Shown here in pieces: positions 57,601 through 64,000 of a stretch of DNA of 64,000 bases. The notes below the pieces were generated by a model, which saw only the letters and a list, made by a program, of their open reading frames with translations, did no database searches and was not told the DNA's origin. Within the stretch, counting starts at the first letter, position 1; every line of letters begins with the position of its first letter. The position numbers were made by a program, and so were the translations under genes. Source of the DNA: Lama guanicoe (Eukaryota); assembly GCA_013239625.1 (NCBI GenBank), contig MU056756.1:682001-746000 (forward strand). Direction: 5' to 3'.

Positions 57601-58477
57601 GTGCAGTGGGCGAGCAGGACGGTAACCTGGCCACCGAGCAGCACAAGGGCACAGTGTCCCCCATTTGCGGCCCCAGGACAGATTCGCAGGCGTAGGGCCC
57701 TGGGCTGCATCGTTCCAAGCAAGGGAGTTGGCGGGCCTGTCACCTGCTGTGGCTGAGGGGACTTCTCTGAGGACGCTGTTTGCTCTCACCCCCTCGTCCC
57801 ACCTCCACTTCCCCAGAGGCACAGGCTGTCCATCGTCCGTCGTGGGGACACGTTGCCAGAGCTCCTTCCCGTGGGTCCCCTAGAGCCGGGCTGTCAGGAT
57901 AGAGGTGGAGACGTGGGGGCAGAGCTCAGCCCGGAGGCTCGGGAAGGACCTGGTCAGATGGAGAAGCAGCAGGCCCCCCAGGGCCGGGCAGGGGCCGAGC
58001 AGCTCGGACCCGAGGGTTGGGGGGTGTGAGCCCCGCTGGGGACGCCGCCTCTACTGGTCCCGCCTGCGGGCAGGTGTGGGAGGGGGCCGATGGGTCCACA
58101 CGAGTCCTGTCATCAGTGCGGGTGGGGTTGGGGTGACAGTGCCTTTGCTGCAGGTGGTTGAAGGCGGTTGAGGACCAGGGCGCCAGCCGGGCGCCTTGCA
58201 GTGGGACGACGGCGCTCCCCATCTGAACCGCCGTCCACAGGGCGGGCCGTGGGCAGCACTGTGAGGGTGCAGCCCTGAGCCTGCCCTCCTCGGCCTCTGC
58301 AGGGTCAGCTTGAGGCCCACCAGGAGGAGGGCATGGTGGTCTCACACTTGGCCGTTGCCGGCGTGGGGATCTGGGTGGCCTTCACCTCGGGGTCCACCCT
58401 CCGCCTGTTCCACACAGAGACCCTCAAGCATCTCCAGGACATCAACATAGCCACCCCCGTCCACCACATGCTGCCAG
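6567..58477 (+). CDS. ARHGEF10: Rho guanine nucleotide exchange factor 10; spliced CDS of 26 exons, 3'-incomplete. join(6567..6603,14199..14471,14718..14999,16079..16142,20282..20358,22307..22363,24023..24186,26250..26366,28935..29049,31727..31836,34816..34893,35124..35303,35704..35820,36703..36795,39396..39566,41248..41393,41920..42101,46338..46453,46851..46978,47117..47217,48536..48657,49457..49543,50367..50590,51182..51339,53673..53815,58303..58477)
   Basis: Recognisable ARHGEF10 peptides occur in colinear order ([114 protein letters not shown]). Every junction is GT-AG and phase-compatible; total 3517 nt. Confidence 0.97.
6992..7137. other. Assembly gap (146 N)
   Basis: N run. Confidence 0.99.
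10425..10777 (-). mobile_element. MaLR solo LTR (MLT1B-like)
   Basis: ggcttaaaccacagac, ctcctcttcttgtaaggaccccagtc, acctctttaaaggccctgcctccagatac, ggggacacagtctagcctcaca all resemble the antisense MLT1 LTR. Confidence 0.8.
11280..11490 (-). mobile_element. Degraded MLT1C/D-like LTR fragment
   Basis: ccttgcctctcccc, tggattggggcccacc, gatgacttcacct, tattccc...ggtcaccttcaga. Confidence 0.55.
11800..12465 (+). mobile_element. LINE-1 3' end (L1MB-like)
   Basis: gctggtgaggatgtggagaaactggaacc; translates [20 protein letters not shown]; ends gttatgtgtattttaccacagtttaaaaaa. Confidence 0.9.
12950..13340. promoter_or_regulatory. Candidate intronic enhancer (GATA, AP-1, RUNX, ETS motif cluster)
   Basis: AGATAA 12966, TGACTCA 13173, AACCACA 13223, CCGGAAGTG 13266 in a non-repeat, relatively AT-rich island. 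Motif evidence only. Confidence 0.4.
14199..14471 (+). CDS. ARHGEF10: ARHGEF10 exon 3: [16 protein letters not shown]...; carries a Thr/Ala repeat expansion
   Basis: Acceptor ctttag|AA. The first phase-1 donor is CAG|GTCTGT at 14472. Length 273 nt, symmetric phase 1-1. Confidence 0.85.
14330..14462 (+). repeat. Coding imperfect tandem repeat GCC ACT GAC ACC (ACC) GTC ACC, encoding ATDT(T)VT
   Basis: About four imperfect A/T-T-D units within an ACC/GCC triplet-rich tract in exon 3. Confidence 0.9.
14718..14999 (+). CDS. ARHGEF10: ARHGEF10 exon 4: GGENG...[15 protein letters not shown]...[17 protein letters not shown]
   Basis: tcttcag|GA acceptor; CAG|GTAGTG donor; 282 nt. Confidence 0.93.
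15123..15455 (+). mobile_element. MaLR solo LTR (MLT1A0-like)
   Basis: ccccaaaactcacttgttgaaacc, gtgaggacacagggagaagacgccgtctgtg, cctcaccagac, tggtattttgtt. Confidence 0.85.
16079..16142 (+). CDS. ARHGEF10: ARHGEF10 exon 5: [21 protein letters not shown]
   Basis: Polypyrimidine tract then cag|AG; CAG|GTACCT donor; 64 nt, bridges phase 1 to phase 2. Confidence 0.87.
16560..16870 (+). mobile_element. LINE-2 3' fragment
   Basis: cagcttaaatgtctcctc, ctactagactgtgaattcttcaaagacaaagacc, gtaggtgc. Confidence 0.7.
16880..18100 (-). mobile_element. LINE-1 3' end(s) (L1MB-like)
   Basis: ttcacccatttaaagtgtac, tataaccatcaccacc, gggagtagaattgctgggtca, tgtggttttgatttgcat. There are possibly two overlapping 3' ends. 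Confidence 0.88.
18150..18510 (-). mobile_element. Highly GC-shifted LINE-1 ORF2 endonuclease fragment
   Basis: Minus-strand translation [30 protein letters not shown] resembles L1 IMIKGSIQQEDITIVNIYAPNxGAPKYIKQ. Confidence 0.8.
20282..20358 (+). CDS. ARHGEF10: ARHGEF10 exon 6: [25 protein letters not shown]
   Basis: ttccttgaag|C acceptor; GA|GTGAGT donor; 77 nt. Confidence 0.93.
22307..22363 (+). CDS. ARHGEF10: ARHGEF10 exon 7: [18 protein letters not shown]
   Basis: ttccag|AT acceptor; CAG|GTTTGC donor; 57 nt. Confidence 0.95.
24023..24186 (+). CDS. ARHGEF10: ARHGEF10 exon 8: [10 protein letters not shown]...[10 protein letters not shown]...HRKQ
   Basis: ccccag|AC acceptor; CAG|GTGCGT donor; 164 nt. 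Confidence 0.95.
26250..26366 (+). CDS. ARHGEF10: ARHGEF10 exon 9: [39 protein letters not shown] (coiled-coil-like)
   Basis: ctctgtag|CTC acceptor; AAG|GTAGCG donor; 117 nt, phase 0-0. Confidence 0.94.
28560..28870. promoter_or_regulatory. Candidate enhancer or internal promoter upstream of exon 10
   Basis: FOXA-type TGTTTACTTTG 28568, TGTTTATAATAAAA 28625, TCF/LEF AGATCAAAG 28808, CCAAT 28819. Motif evidence only. Confidence 0.35.
28935..29049 (+). CDS. ARHGEF10: ARHGEF10 exon 10: [38 protein letters not shown]
   Basis: ttccgcag|ATG acceptor; CAG|GTCCGC donor; 115 nt. Confidence 0.95.
30353..31150 (-). mobile_element. LINE-1 3' end (L1MC/MD-like)
   Basis: tttagagcaattttaggttcacagcaaaactgag; tgtggccttttcagattgg; minus-strand [22 protein letters not shown]. 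Confidence 0.88.
31727..31836 (+). CDS. ARHGEF10: ARHGEF10 exon 11: [36 protein letters not shown]
   Basis: ctttaag|AT acceptor; CAG|GTGGGC donor; 110 nt. Confidence 0.95.
32561..32682. repeat. Imperfect tandem duplication, period about 50 nt
   Basis: gggccgggagcaccacg is exact at 32561 and 32611; each copy is followed by cagct...gagatggg...ctcgg.tgggcc. Confidence 0.75.
34816..34893 (+). CDS. ARHGEF10: ARHGEF10 exon 12, start of DH domain: [26 protein letters not shown]
   Basis: gacag|GTG acceptor; GAG|GTACGG donor; 78 nt; DH CR1-type motif. Confidence 0.96.
35124..35303 (+). CDS. ARHGEF10: ARHGEF10 exon 13 (DH): [12 protein letters not shown]...IGDVFVAS
   Basis: cccag|CAA acceptor; TCG|GTAAGC donor; 180 nt. 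Confidence 0.96.
35704..35820 (+). CDS. ARHGEF10: ARHGEF10 exon 14 (DH): [39 protein letters not shown]
   Basis: tttcag|TTT acceptor; AAG|GTAAGC donor; 117 nt. Confidence 0.96.
36703..36795 (+). CDS. ARHGEF10: ARHGEF10 exon 15 (DH CR3): [31 protein letters not shown]
   Basis: cccgcag|CAG acceptor (NAGNAG); CAG|GTACGC donor; 93 nt. Confidence 0.95.
39396..39566 (+). CDS. ARHGEF10: ARHGEF10 exon 16, end of DH domain: [35 protein letters not shown]...YVSK
   Basis: ctgaaag|GAC acceptor; AAG|GTGCGG donor; 171 nt. Confidence 0.96.
41052..41193 (-). mobile_element. tRNA-Ala-derived SINE, resembling the camelid vic-1 family
   Basis: The reverse complement ggggtgggggtgcagcgcagggtggagcgcatgcccagtgtgcacgaggtcctgggctcccccccagcacctcca aligns by eye to tRNA-Ala(AGC). 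It is followed by aaataaataaacctaattac...cccc and an A-rich tail. Confidence 0.8.
41248..41393 (+). CDS. ARHGEF10: ARHGEF10 exon 17 (PH-like): [48 protein letters not shown]
   Basis: ttctcag|CTT acceptor; CG|GTAAGG donor; 146 nt. Confidence 0.96.
41920..42101 (+). CDS. ARHGEF10: ARHGEF10 exon 18: [26 protein letters not shown]...VVASTKP
   Basis: ttgcag|C acceptor; AA|GTAAGC donor; 182 nt. Confidence 0.94.
46338..46453 (+). CDS. ARHGEF10: ARHGEF10 exon 19: [38 protein letters not shown]
   Basis: tttgcag|AC acceptor; CAG|GTAATA donor; 116 nt. Confidence 0.96.
46851..46978 (+). CDS. ARHGEF10: ARHGEF10 exon 20: [42 protein letters not shown]
   Basis: ttcgtag|AAC acceptor; AA|GTCAGT donor; 128 nt. 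Confidence 0.95.
47117..47217 (+). CDS. ARHGEF10: ARHGEF10 exon 21: [33 protein letters not shown]
   Basis: cggcag|G acceptor; CG|GTAAGA donor; 101 nt. Confidence 0.95.
48536..48657 (+). CDS. ARHGEF10: ARHGEF10 exon 22: [40 protein letters not shown]
   Basis: cgcag|AG acceptor; AAG|GTGACG donor; 122 nt. Confidence 0.95.
49457..49543 (+). CDS. ARHGEF10: ARHGEF10 exon 23: [29 protein letters not shown]
   Basis: ttatag|ATC acceptor; TGG|GTAAGA donor; 87 nt. Confidence 0.95.
50367..50590 (+). CDS. ARHGEF10: ARHGEF10 exon 24 (WD40-like beta-propeller region): [17 protein letters not shown]...[11 protein letters not shown]
   Basis: attcag|ATC acceptor; GAG|GTGAGC donor; 224 nt. Confidence 0.95.
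50993..51012. repeat. (GATT)5 microsatellite
   Basis: Directly visible. Confidence 0.9.
51182..51339 (+). CDS. ARHGEF10: ARHGEF10 exon 25: [23 protein letters not shown]...AVYARAE
   Basis: gcgcag|C acceptor; AAG|GTGACC donor; 158 nt. Confidence 0.95.
52290..53100 (-). mobile_element. LINE-1 3' end (L1MA9-like)
   Basis: ttaagatccactcttctaacaac; ataaatacccagaagcagggttgctgggttacatggtggttctacttttaattttttgaggagcctc. Confidence 0.88.
53330..53460 (-). mobile_element. MIR SINE core
   Basis: ccccattttacagatgaggaaactgag is the MIR core, in antisense orientation. Confidence 0.85.
53673..53815 (+). CDS. ARHGEF10: ARHGEF10 exon 26: [47 protein letters not shown]
   Basis: ttttcag|AT acceptor; GAG|GTGAGT donor; 143 nt. 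Confidence 0.95.
55770..57385 (+). mobile_element. LINE-1 ORF2 3' half and 3'UTR, degraded (more eroded L1-like sequence probably flanks it at 54850-55100 and 57500-57630)
   Basis: gaaataaatttaacaacagaagtg, gctgaaaactacaaa, atcctaaaatttatatggaaac, gccaaaacaatcttggaaaag, gctggtgggaatgtgaaatg. Confidence 0.9.
58303..58477 (+). CDS. ARHGEF10: ARHGEF10 exon 27: [58 protein letters not shown]
   Basis: ctgcag|GGT acceptor; CAG|GTAAGA donor; 175 nt. The expected next exon (GHQRLSVTSLL-like) is not found before the window end. Confidence 0.96.
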
Positions 58478-58844
58478 GTAAGAGCGGAGCCGGCGGGTGG
58501 GGCGGGCCTGGCAGTCTCTGTCCTGTGTGTCCCCCCACCCCCGCCCTGGGAGAGGTGCTCAGGATGCCTCTGTGACTCCCACCTTTGCCTGGAGCCCAGC
58601 GAGAGTGCCGCCCAGTTTATAGATCGGAAGCTGAGACCACACAAGCCTTCCCATTGTTCTCAAGGCGCTGGGGCAGGAGTGGGGGTGGGGCAAGGACTGC
58701 AGTGGAAGAGCCGGGGGTCCTCAGGGTGGGGGTCACAGGGCAGCCTTGGCTGGGGTCCGCTGGCCCCGAGAGGGCAGGGTGTCCATCAGCAGGGGTGAAA
58801 CCAACCAACGTGCAGAAGTGGGGGTATGGGACCTGCAGAGCTAG

Positions 58845-59105
58845 TGTGTGCCTGTGCGTGCCTGGTGTGCATGAGCACGTGGCTGGTGTGCACACGCATG
58901 TGCTGGTTGCGTGTAAGCGTGCAGCTAGGTCTGTATAAGCAGGTAGCTGGCATTTGTGTGGTCACGTGGCTGGTGTGTGTAAGCGTGTGGCTGGTGTTGC
59001 CACTTGTGGACCCTCCGTGTGTGCCTGTGCATCCATTATGTACGAGTGTGTGGCTGGTGTTTCAGCGCGTGCCCGGCACACGTACGCTTTAGCTGGCGTG
59101 TGGAC
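58845..59105. repeat. Degenerate minisatellite with core gtggctggtgt
   Basis: Four exact copies of gtggctggtgt, plus degenerate copies, in a TG-rich tract. Confidence 0.65.
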
Positions 59106-62100
59106 ATGCAGGTCGCGTGCGGGAGCCTGACTGGCAGTGGCAGAAGCGGCTGGGAGGGTGAGCTGGCCCGGCTGAGGCGGGCTGGGAGTCAGGGGCAGGT
59201 GGGACACACTCTCGGCTCCCGCGGGAGGAGAGACAGATGAGACGCAGAGCACGGGGCTCCCACCCACCCACCGTGGACACCTTGCAGGAACCCCCCCTCC
59301 TGGGGTGCCCGTGTCCCCAGTTCCTGTTAAATCAAAACTCAGGGGTCACAGGTCACAGAGTTGCGACCCCACGACTGCTGTTGGCCCTGAGCCGCAGGAT
59401 GGACTGATCTCCCTGTCTTTCCTTGACTCTTGCACTTCTGGTAACGACGCCCTTGATTCTTACCGCCCCGCGTGGCCTTTGACGTTCGGATGCGGTGCTT
59501 CTGGGCTCCTGCAGAACCAGGGACCGTACCGTCAGGCGGGGCACCTGCGGCCCCGGTGTCCCGAGAGCCCTCCTCCAGTCTGCGGTCGCCGTCACCCGCA
59601 CGCTCCCCCTGCCCGTCCTGGGCCCCGCTGCCCCCTCGCTCACCCCGGGCCTGTCCTCGGGGCTCTTCCTCGGCAGCGTCCTGTCCACGGGGAGCGTGCT
59701 GCTTGTGTGGCGTGCTCCCCCGCACCTGCGTGCTGTGTGTGAGGTGGTTCCTAGCTCACCGTGCTGCGGTGCTTCGTGCTTTGTCTGCATCTCACACCTG
59801 CTCCCGGGTGTGCGGCCCTGGGCCTGGTGGGCTGCGAGGGAGGTGGGCCCTTTAGAGCGGTGTTCAGGGACGCTCGGAGCGAGGGTCCTCTTGTGACACC
59901 TGGTGCTTGAGTCCTGTCCTCTGAAAGGTGTCTGAAATCCATCAGATTCTCATTGCGTTTTGTGAGCTGGAGACCAGGGAGGCTGAAGACCCACGTCTTT
60001 CCCCTCCTCCTTCCAGCCGTCTCACCCCCGAGCCAGTGTTTCACAGCGGGAAGCGCCATCGAGGCCTGCCTCGCCCTTAGGTGCTTGAGTGCGTGTGTGC
60101 ACACCCATGTGAACACGTGGAATTGCGGTCGCTGGGCCACCGTCCTCCCGGACGGACGGACACACAGGGTAAAACCTCGTCTAGTACGTGCTCCTGGGTG
60201 GGGCTCGTTGCACACGTGTGACAGTGACCGTGAGGTGGTCCTCTCATGCACTCACTGGAGTATAAACTTCTCAAGCCAGAAAGAACAAAATTTGAAAGAA
60301 AAAAAAAGACTGTACTGTAAGTCACGGCTTTTTTATAGCTTAGCAAAACTGGTAAAATCTATCTAGTTCCCTGGAGGCGTGGGCTCAGCGCGCCTTCCCC
60401 GTGACTGTGACTGTGAGTGTGACGAGCTGGCCTCTCCCCTTCCGTTGGGGCTCAGTTCTCAACACCGCTAGCTTGAGGTCTTGGCGGAAACCGCAGCGGG
60501 CCGACACCGCCCCGGGGGGGACGCACTTTGGGGGCCAGCTCGCAGGTTTCTGGGGGCGGCGGCCACGCCTCTCGGCTGCGGGGCTGCTCCGAGGGGCCGC
60601 GGCTCCGGCAGGTCACGAGAAGCTGGAGTGACGTCGGCGCAGCTGCTTCCTGCTGCGTCTGGGACGCTCCAGGGAGGATATTTGCATGTTCTAGGGCAGG
60701 GCCTCCCGCCAGAGTGGCCTTTCCACGTCCCCGCTGACTGAGCCCGCGGCCTGCCAGGGTGACGTAGCCCAGTGAACAGGCCAAGTGTTCATTTCAGAAA
60801 AATCAGTGTGACTCTTCTAAACGCCATCGACCACGTCGTAAGGGGATTCAGCAAATTAAACCAGACTCAGGACTGTTTATGAATTAGGGGACAAACTGAG
60901 GCCCAGGTTTCCTGTCCCTGGGCTCCTGGTGCCACCCCGGGCTGACCAGCAGCTGCTTGACCAGGAGCCGACGGTGCCCGCTGCCTCGGTTTCTGTGCTC
61001 GCGAGCTTGCGTCGCCGCAGCTGGTGGGCCGGCCCCTCCAGGTGTCTGTAACCCACTCAGACCCCGTGCAGCCGTCATCAGCATCCCAACCCCCCCCCCC
61101 CCGCCCCCGCCGTGGTGCCGAGTGGGGGCCCCTCAGCCCGCAGAGTGGACACCGCTGCTGTGTGCGCAGCCCCCCACCGAATGGGGGACCCCCACGCCCC
61201 CCAGGTCCTCTTGCAGGTAAACTTTTCGTGTGTGAGGCGACTCTGGAAACGGAACAGACCATCATGCCTGGAGCTCGGGCTCTTGGCGAGCGTCTGGCTG
61301 CTTTCAGGCTGTGAGGACGCACAAGGGACAGCCCAGCTTTACCTGCTTCTGCCTTTTCATGGTGAAATCGGAGTTTGGGGGGCACTTCCAGGGCTCCCCC
61401 CAGGAGCCCCGTGGTCACTTCACTTGGTCTTTCCACCTGCCGGGCAGAGAGATCTTCCCTCTCCTCGTGCTCATGACCTTTTTCCCACCTGGTGACGCCT
61501 CCCCGTCCCGACGCCACACAGGGACCCTCTGTGCATCTGAATTGCTTTGACCTTTTTCCTTAGAGAGACGCATGCACGTCTGGAGAGAGGAGTTTCCTTG
61601 CAAAGACCAGGGAAAGGTTCCCAGATTCTCACTGCCTGTGACACAGCACAGATGCAGACAGACTAAAAGTCAGATGTTCCTAATTTGCTGTTTATTACGG
61701 CAGAGGCGGAAAAATTCCTGAGGAGGAGAAGAGATCACTTTCAAGATGCATTTCTGAATGAAAACAAATAGCAAAGCTTTATGCTTTGTAATTTTAAAGC
61801 AAAATCCTTTCAGTGTTTTTATTAGCAGTTAGAACTGTTCCGCATCACATTTCACGAGGCTCTGTTTGCAATATGAAAGGGTAACCCGCACGTGGAGACG
61901 GGCTGTTTGCGAGCCCCATGTTGCTCGCTAGTTTTCTTTAAAGCCAAGTGCCAGAATAAGCGTATTTCAGATGCCTTCAGTAGCCCTAAGCCAGTCCTAA
62001 GAAATTATAAATTCTCTGTGAAAGAAAACTTAACTCATAAACTCCCTTTTTGGAACTCAGTTTCCCAAACCAAAGCATTTCAGGATGATCCGGGAAATCA

Positions 62101-64000
62101 CACAACGGCTTACTCGCGCAGTTTCACTTACCTGCAGGACCTGGCTACCAAAACGAGGGTGTGAGGAGCTGTATGATGCGACACGGCTCGCTGAGAGCGT
62201 GCGGCCAGGGTCTGCGTGTTTGCACTGTTCCCAGAGCTGCCGTGTGTTGAAAGGGAGTTTACCTACACTCAGGACCACAGGACTGCAGCATTGTCCGACT
62301 AATGTGACGGTGGCTCAGCAAGTGGCTGCAGCGGGGGGTAATGGCGCTCCCTCTGTCCACCCCGTCGTCACAGTGGTCTCCACTCACACCAGGTCTGCTG
62401 TAGGCCGTTCACGGCAGTGTTGGGAAGCAGTGTCCATGTGGGAAGACTGGTGGCAGGAGCCTGCTGCCATGTGCACCGGGGTCGTGGGGGAAGCTGGCTG
62501 GGTTCCACTGAAACAGGGCGGAGTTCAGCGCAGCGAGCTCTGACATTGTCTTGAATGTCACCTCCACCAGCTGCTTCCAAAACTCCGCCGACCGGCTCCA
62601 GGAGGGTCGGGGAGGGTGGTCTCAGATCCGTTCTCTGTCTCACGGGTAGTCGAGTGAGACTGGTGCTCTGGAAAGGTGCACCTGCATTTACTGCGCGTCC
62701 TCGGCTGTCCGGGCTCACCTCCTGGTGTGACCGCCTGGCCATCGTTGAGAACTGTGCCCAGCCTCGCATTCCTGAACGACTTTCTCACTAGCTTTTGGAA
62801 ATGACCGCTCTGGCCCCCCCGTAGACGGACGTGAAGCTCCAGTGAGTCTCTAAAGCTGAGCCCCTCCCACCGCTGCTGTGGGAACTTAATTCCAGGGAAT
62901 TAATACATTAATTCCTGGGAACTTAATACATTAGCTTTTTAGAAACAATATGAAGTCTCCATTCAGAGATAAAACCAGATCTTTGGTTTTTGTGGTGCTT
63001 GTTTTATTTTGGGTTGGGTTGTTTAAAGTGACTTCTGTAGACACGCCCACCTGCCTTTGGCTCTGGCGTCCAGACCGCGTGTCTTCGTGCTTCTTATCTA
63101 AGGCAAGCTCCAGGTCAGGTGCAGAGATGTTGGAAGCGATGAATTTGCAGGGAATGGGAGTCAGGTTGTTTCTGTGCCCCTGTTCTCAGGAGCAGACTGG
63201 ATTGCCTGTCTCTGCCCTTGAGCGCTGGAGCTGAGCGGACAGACGCCAGGAGGGGTTTAAAGCCACTCTGAGAGCCGAGGTGCTGCGGGCAGAGTCAGAG
63301 CGGCAAGGGTTCCAGACTCACTCCGAGATGAGAGCAGTGGGAGACGGTCCCGTGCGTGGGGTGCAGCTCTGCCCCGTTCTTCGCCCCCACTTCCCACCTT
63401 GCCAGACTGCTCAGCCTCCTTGGGCCTCCGGGCTGGAAAACAGAACAAACTGTGGCAACCAGCCAAAAGCTCTGCAGGCCCGGACCCGTGTTTGACATTG
63501 CACTTCCCAGACTTCCCCAGAGCCCGCGAGACGGTCTCCCTTCTGAAAGAACACTTGGGAAGTGCTCGTGTCTCTTCTCTGTGTTGCGGAGCTCGGCGGC
63601 ACTAGGAGCCCGTCCCACCCGTGGGGTCTGGACTTACCTGTCCAGGTGGGCTCCTCCTCGCAGGGGGCTGTGGTCTTATGTGCCTGCATGTCCGTGTGCG
63701 CGTGGCTCCAGGGCCCTGGCACTGCTCTCACTGGAAGTGGATGGCGTTTGTGGACAGTTGTGGGGTTTGATGGGCTCTGGAAGCAGGGGGGATGCACGTG
63801 TCCCTCAGGTGGCCGTGTGTCCTGCTGGGGGCAGCCAGGAGGGCACCTGGAGATTGCTCCCTCGTCCAGCTGAAGCAAACACAGTGTCACTCCGGGGCTC
63901 CTGGGAGGGCTCGGCGTCGGCGCGGGGAGCGCTCTGGTAGGTCTGCAGTGTTTTGGGCCGTCCTTGGAGCCCCTGTCCCCAGTGTGTGCTGCTGCAGAGG

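Noticed and set aside
58478-64000. ARHGEF10 exon 28 and later exons
   Set aside because: No GHQRLSVTSLL-like coding segment was found. It presumably lies beyond the window, so this is not evidence of gene truncation.
1-64000. CRISPR array, prokaryotic operon, or intact retroelement
   Set aside because: This is intron-rich mammalian DNA; there is no regular repeat-spacer array and all L1 and LTR pieces are fragmented.

Overview
Mammalian genomic DNA, GC- and CpG-rich, with three N gaps typical of a draft assembly. Almost the whole window is one + strand gene, ARHGEF10 (a Dbl-family RhoA GEF). I traced 26 consecutive coding exons from the ATG at 6567 to the donor at 58477. All introns are GT-AG, all phases match, and the spliced CDS is 3517 nt (1172 codons + 1 nt) with no stop. 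Exons are numbered 2-27 as in human. The non-coding exon 1 and the last coding exons are not in the window. Introns carry old L1, L2, MIR and MLT1 fragments, plus one tRNA-Ala-derived SINE resembling the camelid vic-1 family, so the source is probably a camel or alpaca. I found no convincing new biological system. The most notable points are: (1) an in-frame ~39-codon Thr/Ala tandem-repeat expansion in exon 3; (2) strong, patchy AT->GC substitution bias in repeats and in the protein, consistent with GC-biased gene conversion; (3) adjacent exons with very different GC3 (95%, 38%, 97%); (4) AT-rich, motif-dense intronic islands that may be enhancers, an internal promoter or intronic poly(A) sites. 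Comparisons to human ARHGEF10 and to repeat consensi are from memory, not from computed alignments.
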